Shown in pieces: positions 25,735 through 38,800 of a stretch of 64,000 bases of DNA. The stretch lies in the NCBI GenBank assembly GCA_002104905.1, contig MCFE01000045.1, forward strand, positions 62,001-126,000, written 5' to 3'. This stretch comes from Basidiobolus meristosporus CBS 931.73. Lineage: Eukaryota; Fungi; Basidiobolomycota. The position numbers and the translations under genes were made by a program. Below the pieces are notes generated by a model, which saw only the letters and a program-made list of their open reading frames with translations, ran no database searches and was not told the DNA's origin. Numbering within the stretch: the stretch's first letter is position 1; every line of letters begins with the position of its first letter.

Positions 25735-28040
25735 CCTTTGACCATATTCAGGCCCTGGAGCATTGTAGCATGGAGGATGAATTTGAAGAAGACTCAGAAC
25801 TCACCTTCCATACAACAGAAGAATATCTATCCCAGATCAGTTACTGTGAAGAATAAGTACCCCATACCTTGGATTGATCAGCTTTTAGTTCAATTCAATG
25901 GAGCCATTCTTTTCAGCAAGATTGACCTCATGTCAGGATATAAGCAGATTAGGGTGAAGCCATAAGACATCTGTAAGACAGCATTCAGGACCAGATATGG
26001 ACATTACAAGTACTTAGTCATGAGTTTTGGCCTCACTAATGCCCCTGCACCATTCATGACCCTGATGCAGACTGTCTTCCGGGAGTACTTAGAATAGTTT
26101 GTGATAATCTACCTAGATGATATACTGATGTACAGCAAGACAGAAGAGGATCACTTAGTGCACATTGAAAAGGTCTTGAAGAAGCTAAGAGAGAACAAGC
26201 TTTATGCCAAGGTACTCATGTGTGAATTCTTCAAGGAACATGTTGAATATCAGGGACACATAGTGACTAGCACAGGAGTAACCTTACACCCTAAGAAGGT
26301 TGAAGTTATCAAGAATCTAAAGCAGCCCCATAGCATATCATGGCCCAGATGATTCCTTGGAATGGTTTCCTATTATCAGAGACTTGTCAAGTCCTTTGCA
26401 AGTATTGCAGTCCCTTTAACTGATATCCCCAAGAAAGACAATACTTACAAGTGGGACATAGCTTGCAAGGCTGCCTTCCAGATGCTCACAAAAGACAATA
26501 TCTACAAGTGGGACATAGCTTGTGAGGCTGCCTTCCAGATGCTGCAGAATGAACTTGCTAAGCTACCAAGCTAAAGAATACCTGGCTTCAGAAAAGAGTT
26601 TACTCTGTGCACAGATGCTTCAGATTATGCAATTGATGAAGTGTTAAGCCAAGAACACAAGGAAAAGGACTACCCCCTTGTCTTTGAATCCAAGACACTG
26701 AACTCAGCAGAACAAAACTATCCAGTGCATGAGAAGGAGATGCTTGCTATAATACACTGTTTGAATACATGGAGATGCTATATTGAATGAGTCAAATGCA
26801 CTGTGAAGACTGATCATGCCTCCATCAAGTATATATTTACTCAGAGGGTACTCTCTAGCAGAATGACAAGATGAAGTGAATACATTCAGCAATTTGATTT
26901 GGAGATTATCTACTGCCCTGGAAAAAACAACATGGTTGCTGATGCTTACCAAGATTAGAACATGTTACACAACTCAACGTGGTGCATGAATCAGATTGGC
27001 CTAGCCTATTACTAAAGTACTTGGAGGATCAAGCCATTCTTAACGAGATGGATGAAGATATCAAGAAGACAATCTGGGATGAAGCCAGCAAGTTTGTAGC
27101 ACAGGACAAAACACTCAACCAGATTGTTGATGGAAGCCCTATCGCCTATTGCCCTTAAGTTGCTTGCCTGGATTTATGCATAAGCTACACAATGGATATG
27201 GACATCTTGGAGCTGAAAGAACCTATAGCCTTGTGAAAGCCAGAGCATGGTGGCCCAGAATGAAACATGACATTGAGAAGCTAGTGTAAACATGCTATAG
27301 CCAGTGAACAAGAAATTGCAAGTTTCATCTACCATGAGATCCTTATGATGTTGGGATGCCCTATAGAGATTGTGTCCAATAGAGGTGCAAACTTTATGGC
27401 AAAGCCATTGGAAGCTTACCTGGAAATGCAGCAGATCAAACACTTGAAAACCTTGGCATATCACCCCAGAACTAATGGAGTCACTGAATGGTTTAATGAA
27501 TTATTTGGAAGAATGCTGACCAAGTATGCAAATGGAGTCATAAGTAGAAAGGATGAGTATATAGACCAAGCACTCTTTGCATGCTGATTCAGAGTACACA
27601 ACACCACCCAACAATTGCCATTTTACTTGGTGTATGGATGTGAACCAAGGATTCCAGGGGATCTCACACAACCAAAGCTTACTGACACCTTAGAAGAAGA
27701 GCTCAGTCAGCCAAGTAGACACCAGCAACTGGAACAAAGACATCAAGAGGCACACCAAAGTATCTCAAAGTGCAGAGAAGATGAAGCAGAGTTTAGATAA
27801 AATTAAAGCACCAGATGCATTGACAGTTGGGAGCTTTGCGTTGCTAAGAAACAACACTTGGAAGAAGCTTGAGCACCAATGGACAGTACCATTCAAGATC
27901 ATCTGAGTGTTCATTTGCAACTTACCAACTAGTGGACAAACAAGGATATCCAGGAAGACTTAGTACATAGGGACAGACTCAGGCTTGCAAGACTTGCTGA
28001 TAATACTGAACCATCAAGATATTAGTATCACAAGAAAGGA
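25735..28040 (+). pseudogene. Gypsy pol remnant (RT, RNase H, partial integrase; protease missing)
   Basis: [93 protein letters not shown]. Many stops. Confidence 0.9.
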
Positions 28041-28525
28041 GATTCAAGAGAGCCACTCAACTTTAGTAGGGGAAAATGCTATGATCTGCCACTTAAATGT
28101 TTAAGTCAGTTAGGCTCTTAGTCAAGTCAATTAGCTATATGTTTAGCTTATCAGTATATCAGTATTATCTTTCAAATCAGTAGCATTAGTCAGCAAATGA
28201 ATCAGCAGATCCTTATCAGACAGGAATAGACATATTAAGTAGGATCTTATTGGGTGATTATGATGCAATCAAATGACTCATCAGCCACCAACTATATCAG
28301 GAAATACAATTAGTCAGCAATTGATCTGACAGAATGTATATAAGGAGCTGCTGGAACCTCAATAAAGATCAGTTCAAGTTTTAGTGAATACAATACTAGC
28401 TATACTCCCAATTCCTCTACAACTCATATTATTCTACAACTCTTTTACCAAGACTTGTAACACAAGGCCCTGAAACCTGTATTTCAGGCTACTCAGGATG
28501 TTAACATCACATCCTCATCAGTAGT

Positions 28526-28840
28526 AGACTTGTTCCATTGGATAGTTCTACATTGAGCCATGAGTGTCAAATGAAGTTATAGTGAGCCAGGGAGGCCAAG
28601 TGAGGCTATACTTGGCCACAGTGTGTGCAACATAGCTCTGCACCTTCATGCAAAGCAGCCACTGTGCTTCACCCATTGTGTTGGAGAAAATCCATTTTTT
28701 GACCCTTATTTTTGGATCAATGTTGTGCAGGATATGTAAGTGCACAGATGAACCAAAGAAATGCATCTGGTACTTAGTACCTATGGCACTCTGAATCCAG
28801 CTTCTGTGGCTTGTTTCATGTCACAAAAATGAATGGTACT
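28526..28840 (+). mobile_element. Partial foldback-family element
   Basis: AGT|AGACTTGTTCC start, homologous to 845-1160, inserted in a copia B gag fragment. Confidence 0.75.
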
Positions 28841-28965
28841 ACATCACTGCCAAGCTCTGAAGCTCAAAGAGCTGATATACAGTAATCTGATGCCAAAGTA
28901 CTGTTGAAACTAGCTTTCAATGCAGCATATTTGATCAAATTTGGTCAACTCATTCAAAAGCTATG

Positions 28966-30379
28966 CCCTATGAGAAATTATTGCGATGATTTCATCAAAA
29001 GGCCGTCACAAAGTTAAAGTCCTGTGACTAAGAGGTCCTGGTCCCATGAGGACACCCTTCAGAGACCATAGGAAAACAATTGCACCCCAGATCTCACAAA
29101 AAATTAGTCAAAATTTTTCGTTACAATGATGTATAAGTGGCTTTTGATTGGTTCCTGCCAACTTACTCATATTCTGATCCCGGACACTCTATTGCCTCCA
29201 AAATTTGCTTCCATTGATTGGCTATTGCCTCTTTTTCACACTCCTTATATCCTGACTCTACTGTTTTTCTTACTTCTCATGCATATAAATTGATTTATTT
29301 CCATTGAAATTTCAGTTGTACCTCAATTGCTAATTTTATTTACCTATGCAAGTCCCTATACCCTACACTAACACTTAGCCCAGCCCCACCACTCAAAGAT
29401 TTTTCTGCTGTAATGCTCTGGTTCCATGACTTTAGTGGGAATCCAATGGCTTTATGCCACAGTGCATTCACTAGTTGCCACACACTTGTAACTGGCTCTT
29501 GAGGAAGCTGCTGGTTCTTAGCCATGGCACCTTTGTTCTACTGCCTTTGATAGTTTCTGCTATTCTTGACATACTTTCTTAGCTTACCAATGCTAGCCTA
29601 AAATCTGTTTACTTATTTGAATCCAGGATAATGTTAATAGAACAAGTCAAGTGCATTCTGCTTGGGCTTGAGTTCCTGATGGTCAGATGGTATGCCAGCC
29701 TTAAGGTGATGGTGTGCTAGACTTCTGATGGCCTCATTTATGTTAGTCCCCTCTTTATTATTGCACTCAAGCGCATCATGGATTGTCAATGACTTTTAAT
29801 TTTTAGGCTTTTGTACAAACAGCACATTGTCTCCCTCCCACACTGTGATAGGCTTTTCTGTGGGTTTTATCTTTGAGGACAGTTGTTGTGCTTCAAAGAC
29901 TGAATGGTGCTCCTCCGCTATTACATTGGGAAATGGCTCAATTCTTGACTAGAATCTAGCAGGGAGAAGGAATATATTGGCTAAATGCTGAGAAGCTCTT
30001 TGCAAATATTCAGGAGGTATTCATGGCAGAAGTGACAGCAACCAAGAGTCTTACTGTGAGGCCGTCAAAATACCGTCATGTTTCTTGCCATATAAGGCAA
30101 TTGGATGTCCTGGCCAACTGGATCCACTTGAAATAGTTATGGAGTGCCAAACATCTGCAACAATACCATACAAGTAAAGTCACAGCACCAATTAAATCTC
30201 TTCAAGCTTTATCCCTTTATTTGGCTGTAAAATTAGCAAAGCACTGTTGTGATCCCATCATAAGACTGCTAGGAGGGTCACCTATTCCAAGCTGCTGGTA
30301 TTATGGCAGTCTCTAAAAGGGATCCTGGCAGCTGATCCAGATTGGATTGACCTGCAGGACCAAATTATATTTCACAGGG
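28966..30379 (+). mobile_element. Non-autonomous (1.4 kb) derivative of the CACTA-like element with both termini
   Basis: CCCTATGAGAAATTAT ... ATATTTCACAGGG. The flanks join to match the uninterrupted paralog at about 42400-42470. TSD is TATG/CATG, or AT if the termini are one base longer. Confidence 0.75.
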
Positions 30380-30720
30380 CATGTTTGATCTAAGTGGATG
30401 CTGATTATTATTATATCACCCTTGAATAGCCCTATTTTCTCAACCAATGATGTCACAAGGACTTTGATGCTCAGACACACTGTGTTCCCATTTCTATGGA
30501 GGTCCAGAGCTATCCCACAGAGTGAATTCCTCTTGGATCATCAGCAAAACAAGAAAAACAGGAAAAATGGGAAAGTACTACTACTGCAAATAAGAGTAGT
30601 TGCTAACTGGTGCCACAAACTATGAAGACTATATTTGAGCTATCTGGTAAGGCAATAATGTTCTATGGAACCTCTTGTGCAAATTCTGTAAGCCAGAAAC
30701 CCCAACAAGCCTTGAATCTT
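30380..30720 (+). repeat. Unclassified repeat (with 28845-28965), paralogous to 42320-42760
   Basis: Shared motifs such as GATGTCA...ATGCTCA, GTCCAGAGC, AAAATGGGAAA(G/A)TACTACTACTGCAAAT. No recognisable domain. Confidence 0.55.
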
Positions 30721-31984
30721 CAACACAATCTGTCAGATAAAGTAGTATATATTTGAGCAGATCATTTAGAGCAGAAGAGGGTTAGGGGTTAGCAAATGGA
30801 CTTTGAATCTACCATTAATGAAGTAATCAGTACAAAGAACATTATTGCTACTTAAGGAATATAAAGATGACCACTCTGTATCATTATTTGTGGATCTGAA
30901 TCACAAAATAGATATGGCTCAGGTGGGAGCAAGCCATCCCAGCTCACAGCTGAGCAAAAACATTTTTGTTGGCCATGTTGTGTGCGCCATGGTGCAATGA
31001 AATGAGCATAATACAGATAAGGTGTAAACAACAAAACCTTAACTTGGCCCAATATAGGTTTTACAGATTGCACACCCTCAATATGTATTTATTACTTGTG
31101 AATAATTTGTTAAGTTGGAGTGTTGCAATTAGTAGTTATCACATCAATATTCATGCTAACTTGGTCACATGAATCTTATTCTTTGATCAGTATTCTGTCA
31201 TTACCAAACTTCTTGTTAGGATTTGCTTTGAATGTTTTCACCAAATTATCAGGTACCTGGATTATGTTCTTTCTTAAAGTTGTCCAAAAGCCCCCAAATG
31301 TTGCATGCATATTCTTGGGACCTTCTGCAGCAAATTCTTCATGCATATTTGCACTACTTTATCAAAAGTATAACTACCATACTTTTGATCAATAAATAAA
31401 TAGTTCATTAATATGTAAATACTCTAGTTCTCCACATCACTTCTGGTAATCCTTTGAATACAGTAACACAGGAACATAAAGATATTGAAGATATGTGATG
31501 CAATTGGGTGAGATAAAGCCAAGTATGCTAACATTTGCAAGGTGGTCAGACATCTGGCACACCATTATCTTTAAGCCAGCACAGTACCACACCATCTAGA
31601 ACTCAAGGCCAAGCAAAATGCTCTATACTTTTGCCATGAACATTATCCCATTTTCAAACTGCACAAAGATTCAAGGCAAGTATTGGTATACTGAAAAAAA
31701 TTTCAAAAATAGTAGAAACTATCAAAGGCAGAGACACAAGGCTGACACAGCAGAAAACTAGCAGCTTCCTCCAAAGCCCATCACAAACAGGGTTTAATGC
31801 TCCTAACAAACCACAAAGAAATGTCAGCCTGTAAGATAACTGGAAGATTATGGTAAAGACAAGTGGGCAAAGACAGATGCACCAACCCTGCATTCATCAA
31901 GTCAAGATGTAGTACAGTACAAGAAGCACTTGTTCAGTGCAGCAGTAAATAAATAAATACATATGACTCCTAATGCTTCCAATG

Positions 31985-34900
31985 GACTCATGGCCAGAAT
32001 GACTTCAGACCACCACTTGAATCAATAGGTATCCAGTTCATCCAGTTGTTGCATTTGTATTGTTGCATATGCATATGAATATTGATTATAGGCTGTGAGA
32101 GGTACTTAGCAATGCCTATACTCTGTAATGTCTTGCCAATTGTTTCAAATTTCTCAGGTATCTCAAAGGGCTTATTTAGCTTGAAATGCCCCATGTACAA
32201 CTTAATCATCAGGATAGAGCTATAGTTGAAAAGCAAGTGCCTTGCTCCTAGTGGAAAGCTTTTGCTCCAACAGATACCCTCTATTGAAGGTATCTTTGGT
32301 TTTCAATTGATTCCATATTCCAGCTAATGGCTTAGAGATTACTTACTTTGCTGCAATTGCATGCTGACTTCTTGATGCTCTCTCTGTTGGGAGATGATGT
32401 TCTTAAAATTGGTGTTTGTGCAATAATAATTTGTATCAGTTATAGAGTAATCACCCTGAATCTCACATACTTGACAGCAATACTGTTTGTTGTGCCCAGA
32501 AAAGCATGCTATCTTGCTGATGGCTGAGGTATCTCCAATGCTGAAATAATTTGTGCTTTGACATGATAGCAATTTACTGTTATCCTGCCGGAAAGCAAGC
32601 AAAAATCATTCAGCAATGAATCCCGGTTGCTATCAAGGGAGGACAGTGACTTAGGCCCAGAAACCAATGATACTACCATCAGATTTTTGGATTCAGGTTG
32701 ATGAGGATCAGTGGCCAGCAGGATTTGCTGGTTGAGTGCTGGTTTGCTGAGAATCCATCAAGTGCTAAAGCAATGGCATAGTCACACATACCCTCATAGT
32801 AGCCCTTGCTTCTTAGCTGCTTGTAATGTTTGCCATCAAATGTATCAGATATGTTTGTGCTTGATTGATACTGAGTGCGGTACTCTATAGCTTTTCAATA
32901 TTTTTTAGACTGCATGTTCTTCTTTGGATGAGGCATTACTGAAATATATCTGGAGTGTGAGCAATTATTTCCCTAATGGTGTGGATTCCAGACAGTTTTG
33001 ACATGTTGCAATGGTGGCATTTCTGAATGTGCATCCCATGCAACTGTTGACCAATGCTGGAATCAGGACAGTCTCTGTGTCATATGTTGCCAGCTGCACA
33101 AAGGTTGTCTACTTGTACCTTGAGCATGGCAAGTTGCAACCTGGAATGATAATGGCAAGAAGTAGTAATGAATCCTCAAAGCCCCTATTACTGATATTAG
33201 TGAAAATGCACCACTTCTCTAGCCACTACATTACATCATTCACTAGTAGATAGATTACTGAGCTCACTTGGCTCCATAAAGTATCCCTGGCATTTGCTTC
33301 ATCAGGTACTGTCTCATTGAATATTGGTATTTGACTGGGCTCATGCATGGTAGTGTTGTTAGGGGAGATAGGCTCACAATCAATCAGTGAGCCTTTTAAT
33401 CAGAGTTGTCACTCAGCATGCCATATTCAGAAGGCTGCGGTGAGCCTAAAGGTGTCACACACTCACCTAACTCAGCTTGCACAAGGTTACAAAATGACCA
33501 GGTGCCAACATAGAAATATCAGCTGGCTAGCAAGAAAATCTTGGTACAGTAGTGACTGATGAACAGTCAAATATGACATGTGTGGTAAAACACTGGCTAT
33601 GATCCTTGTAGTACTTTGTATGCTGCCTGTGTGCTTCACAACTGAGAGACTTGCTACAATAGCCACTGAGTCTTATTTCTCTTCTCTTACAGCATTGAGT
33701 CAAAGTAGTCTTGTCCATGGGGCACACAGTTTGACCTTCAGCAGTGTTGTGCTATTACATCACTTTTTGGTCAATATTCATGTTAATTTAAGACAGTGTT
33801 GTATTTGACACATTGCACCTACATGAATGTAAGATTCAATTGTGTCCCACCATAGTAAGCATTATAATTGAAGTTGTAGAACCATATACTCATGTATATG
33901 TAACACTATTTCCTCATTATCAACTCACTTTCATATATATGCTGCAAAAAAATAAAGCCCAAAGGCCATCAAGCCTTGGGAACATCAGGAACTTAAGGTC
34001 AAGCAGAATGCGCTTGACTTGCTCCATGAGCATTATCCTGAATTCAAATGGGTAAGCAGATATTGGGCCAGCATTGGTATGCTAAGAAAGTATCTTAAGA
34101 ATAGCATAAACTAACCAAGGCTGAAGAATTCTGGGAGCCATAGCTGAAAACCAGCAGCTTCCTCAAGAGCCAGTTACAAGCAGGGCCAAAAGCTCCAAAT
34201 AAGCATCAAAGAGGTGTCAGGTAGCTGGAAGAGTGCCAATTAGGTACCAGCAGGCAGACACAGATGCACCAGCACAATATTTATCAAGGAAAAAGCCTAG
34301 TACCATTCAAGAAGCACTAAGTCAAAGTGGCAGTGAGGACCTGGCAACAATAAAAGCCAGCAGCTTTCTCAGGAGCCTGTCACAAATACAGTTGAGAGCT
34401 CAAAACAAGCAGTAAAGCAATGTCAAGTTGCCAGAGGAGTGCTAGCAAGGGACAAGCAGGCTAAATCAGATGCATCAGAGCAGAATTTATTGAGGTGAAC
34501 ATGTAGTTAGTTAGTGCTTATTGAGTGGTGGATTTTAATGGAGATACTTGTTGAGTGTGGTGTTGGGCTTAATTCAAGTGTAGGGTATAGGGACTTGTAT
34601 AGGTCAATACAAGTGGCAACTGAGGTACAACTGATGTTTTAATGGAAATAAATCAATTCATAGGCATCAAAAGTAAGAGAAATAGCTGCGTTGCAAAGTA
34701 AGGAGAGTGAAAAGATGCAATAGCCAGTCAATGTACACAAACATAAGAGGTGATCAAGTGTGTGTTGAAATATTGGACTATTTGGTATCATTCAGCAGCT
34801 AAAAATTTACTCAACAATTCTAGGCTAGTCGTAGTCACTGTAGGACTCATTTACTGTCTTAACTTTGCCACTTTCTCCAGATATATGATCTTATGATTAT

Positions 34901-35356
34901 TCCCCTATAGTCAGGATCAAATTAGCACTATTACCCAAACATTACGTACTAACCCTGAAACTGTTACAGAATGCTCCTGAATATTGAGAAACCCTCCCTA
35001 CTTAGTGTTGCAGCTGTATTACTTCTACAAAGGTATAAATACTGAGCTTCTTTATGAATAAACAACAGTTCAACTATTATCACTATTTCTTGTTAAGTTC
35101 CTTATATTCAAATCACTTCTTAAACTGCAACAGTGTGTGGGATCAGAGAGTGAGCAAATTGGCAGGGAACCAGTCAAAAGCCACTAATATATTGTTATAA
35201 TGAATACTTTTGACTATGTTTTTTGTGAAATCTGTGATGCAATTATTTTTCAACAGTCTCTGCACAGTGTCCTGATGGGGTCAGTACCTCTTTGTCATGG
35301 GACTTTAAACATGTGAAGGCCTTTCAATGGGATCATCATGATAATCTCTCATAGGG
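31985..35356 (-). mobile_element. CACTA-like copy: transposase on - (ATG 33718), partial second gene on + (33939 onward), terminus at 35356
   Basis: Reverse-complement homology to 1674-4480. The terminus reads TCTCATAGGG. Contains solo LTR A. Confidence 0.75.
34763..35132 (+). mobile_element. Solo LTR, copia family A (370 bp)
   Basis: Near-identical to 35467-35836, TGTTG...CAACA, TSD GTGTG/GTGTG. Confidence 0.95.
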
Positions 35357-35737
35357 TATCCTGATGGCAGTAACACCTCCCAATTGCTAGATTTAAATTT
35401 TTTGCCAGTCTTTTTGTGGCATCAGCACAATTACCTTTCATCTAGGATCTTCTGCCATGAGGTACTTGTTGAAATATTGGACTATTTGGTATCATTCAGC
35501 AGCTAAAAATTTACTTAACAATTCTAGGCTAGTCTTAGTCACTGTAGGACTCATTTACTGCCTTAACTTTGCCACTTTCTCCAGATATATGATCTTATGA
35601 TTATTCCCCTATAGTCGGGATCAAATTAGCACTATTACCCAAACATTATGTACTAACCCTGAAACTGTTACAGAATGCTCCTGAATATTGAGAAACGCTC
35701 CCTACTTAGTGTTGCAGCTGTATTACTTCTACAAAGG

Positions 35738-35766
35738 TATAAATACTGAGCTTCTTTATGAATAAA
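35738..35766 (+). promoter_or_regulatory. LTR TATA box (35738-35745) and AATAAA poly(A) signal (35761-35766)
   Basis: TATAAATA followed 15 nt later by AATAAA. The same arrangement occurs in family B LTRs (57524-57551). Confidence 0.6.
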
Positions 35767-35836
35767 CAACAGTTCAACTATTATCACTATTTCTTGATAA
35801 GTTCCTTGTATCCAAATCACTTCTTAAATTGCAACA

Positions 35837-35848
35837 GGTTATGAGCCC
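35837..35848 (+). other. Primer-binding site GGTTATGAGCCC (internal tRNA-iMet, half-tRNA priming type)
   Basis: Directly follows the 5' LTR and is complementary to the tRNA-iMet anticodon arm GGGCUCAUAACC, as in Drosophila copia and Ty5. Confidence 0.85.
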
Positions 35849-35872
35849 CGATTGCCTTGATCTATTCTAAAG

Positions 35873-38800
35873 ATGACTTCTACCAGCAAACAAAGCAATA
35901 CCAACATCTTCCCTGTAAAGGAGAGGTTTGATGGGAAGAACTACAGACTTTGGAGAATCAAGATGCAGATCCACCTTGAGGAAAGAAAGCTTTGGAACAT
36001 AGTAACAGGAAAGGAAGTTGAGCCCAAAGGAACAGCAGAAGATGTGGAGAAGTTTCAAGAGAAGGAGAGAAAGGCCTTCAATGCAATATGCATCAATGTG
36101 CAAGACTCCTTCATTGGACAAATCCATGCCTCAAATACTGCCAAAGCAGCATGGGAATCCTTAGAGAAGATCTTTAGAGCAAAGTCAGTATCAAGCAAGC
36201 TTTATTTGAAACAAAAGTTCTTCAACATGAGAAAAAAGCCAGATGATGACATGCTACAACTCATTACCAGAATGGAGACACTTGCAGAAGAACTTTACAG
36301 CATTAATGCTGGTGTAGATGATGAAGAAAAGATACTCTGTCTGCTTTGCAGCCTACCAGACAAGTATGAGCCACTCATACTTTCTTTTGAAAGCAGAGAA
36401 GACAACTTGACTTTAGACTATGTCAAAGGAAGACTTCTCCATGAAGAACTCAGACGTAATGATCAAGCAGAGAAAATTGAAGATAATGCTTTATTTAGTT
36501 CAGAAGGGCATACAGAAAAGAAGGGAAAGCAACAAAACCAAAGAAAACCTGGCTGCTGTAACTACTGTAAGAAGCCAGGACACTGGGCAAGAGAATGCAA
36601 GAAGAAACAAGCAGACAAAAAACAGAAACTAGAGCAGGCAAACCATATAACTACTGATGAACAGTTATTTGTCACTGTACAAGAGAGTGAAAGTAACCGA
36701 AGTAATGAATGGTATATTGACTCTGGAGCATCACAGCATATTTGTGGTATAAAGGATTGGTTCAGCAACTTAAAGACTATTCCCGTAAGAAAGGCTTATC
36801 TGGGAGATAACTCTGCATTGGAAGCTACCGCTAGTGGGTCTATACAACTAAATATGAGTGATAACTCAGGGGCAACAACAGCAAAACTGACTGACGTACT
36901 CTATGTACCTGGAATAGCTAAGAACCTACTCTCAGTCAGTAAAGCAACTACTCAGGGACTGAAATTTGCTTTTACTAAGCTGAGCTGCTCAATATTGAGT
37001 GAAAATGGACAAAAATTAGCTTCGGGAATCAGAGATCACAATATATACAAGTTACAATGCAAGATCATTGTACCTGAGTATGTCAACATTGCTGAAACTG
37101 ATGAAACCAACTGGGAGACGTGGCATAGGAGGCTAGGACACATAGGGGAACAGAAAATGAGCCAATTGGTGAAAAATCAGCTTGTTTTGGGCCTAAAATA
37201 CTCAATTCTGATCAAATTGAATGTTTGTAAGGGATGTTCATATGGCAAACAAGCTAGGCAACATTTCAAGAGCTCAGAAGGCATTAATACCACCAAAATA
37301 TTGGCTATTGTACACTCAGACATATGTGGCCCCATGAGAACACTGTCCTTTGGAGCCAAGAGATACTTTATGACGTTTATTGATGACAAGACAAGATATA
37401 CAAGGGTGTACTTCCTCAAAACAAAGGATGAAGCTTTAGAGACGTTTAAGCACTTCAAGAACATGGCAGAAACACAAACTGGGTGTAAATTGAAGGTACT
37501 ACAAAGTGACAATGGAGGAGAATACTGCTCAAAGGAGTTTGCAAAATACTGCTTGTCTACTGGTATACTTCAACAGACCACAGTTCCTCATACTCCACAG
37601 CAAAATGGAGTAGCAGAACGTGCAAATAGAACAATAGTAGAGATGGGAAGATCTATGCTACATGATAAGGGAATGGACTACAAGTTTTGGGCTGAATCTG
37701 TTGCTACCGCTGTATACATCAAGAACAGATGCCCAACAACAGCACTACGTGATTCTACACCCTTTGAAGCATATACAGGCAAAAAACCAGATCTCCAGCA
37801 CCTCAGGATCTTTGGCAGTGATGTTTTTTATCACATCCCTGACAAAAAACGCCCAAAGTTGGAACAAAAGAGTAGAAAAGGGATCTTTCTTGGGTATTGT
37901 GAAGATACTAAAGGGTATAGAGTGTATGATGGCAAAATTCAGAAGCTGATCAAGAGCAGGGACGTTGTATTTGAGGAGAATTCAGATCAGAAAGCCACAG
38001 AAATCATTGGCCAGCTGCCTGATGATGCAATCAACACAAATGAAGAAGATACGTACCAAATCCAGCCAGAGATGGAAGATACTTCTACCAGTTCCAGATC
38101 AGAACAGATTATCCCAGTTAGGAGATCTACCAGAATAAGAAATGCCCCTGGATCCTGGTGGCAGACATCCAATGATCATGAAGAAGCTTATCTTGCCTTA
38201 TGTGCCAAACCTCAGAATTTGGAACAGGCAATGCAAGGTCCAGATGCTACTAAGTGGCAACAAGCCATGCAGGAGGAGTACCAATCACTGAACAAGGCAA
38301 AAACGTGGGAGCTGGTAGATTTACCAAATGGGAGAAAGCCAATAGGATGTAGATGGGTCTACAAGATCAAGATAACCTCAAATGGTGCCGTTGATAAGTA
38401 CAAGGCTAGATTGGTAGCTAAAGGCTATTCCCAGATCCAGGGACTAGACTTTAAGGAAACATTTGCTCCGGTTGCCAAGTTTAACTCTATTAGGACAGTT
38501 CTAGCCCTGGCAGCTGTACATAGTCTAGATCTACACCAAATGGACGTCAAAACAGCCTTTCTAAATGGGGATTTGCAAGAAACTATATATATGGAGCAAC
38601 CAGAAGGTTTTACCAATCCAAAAAGCCCCCATAAGGTGTGCCAACTTAGAAAATCGTTGTATGGGCTTAAGCAGGCACCCAGAGCATGGTATAACAAGAT
38701 TGACACATATCTAGAGGAAATTGGGTTCTCTCGTAGCACTGCAGATCACAGTATATATGTGAAACAGCTCAAAAAGGGTGTGATCATCCTAGTTCTTTAT

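Larger units (their letters stand above)
19839..28462 (+). mobile_element. Ty3/gypsy element family E, internally deleted, interrupted by copia B1
   Basis: LTRs 19839-20207 and 28077-28462, PBS TGGTAGCAG (20209-20217, 3' end of tRNA-iMet), PPT AGTAGGGGAAAA, 4-bp TSD CAAG/CAAG inside a copia-B-like gag fragment. Confidence 0.9.

Noticed and set aside
35738-35766. AATAAA only 15 nt after the TATA box
   Set aside because: Known LTR design that keeps the poly(A) signal out of the 5' end of the transcript; not novel.
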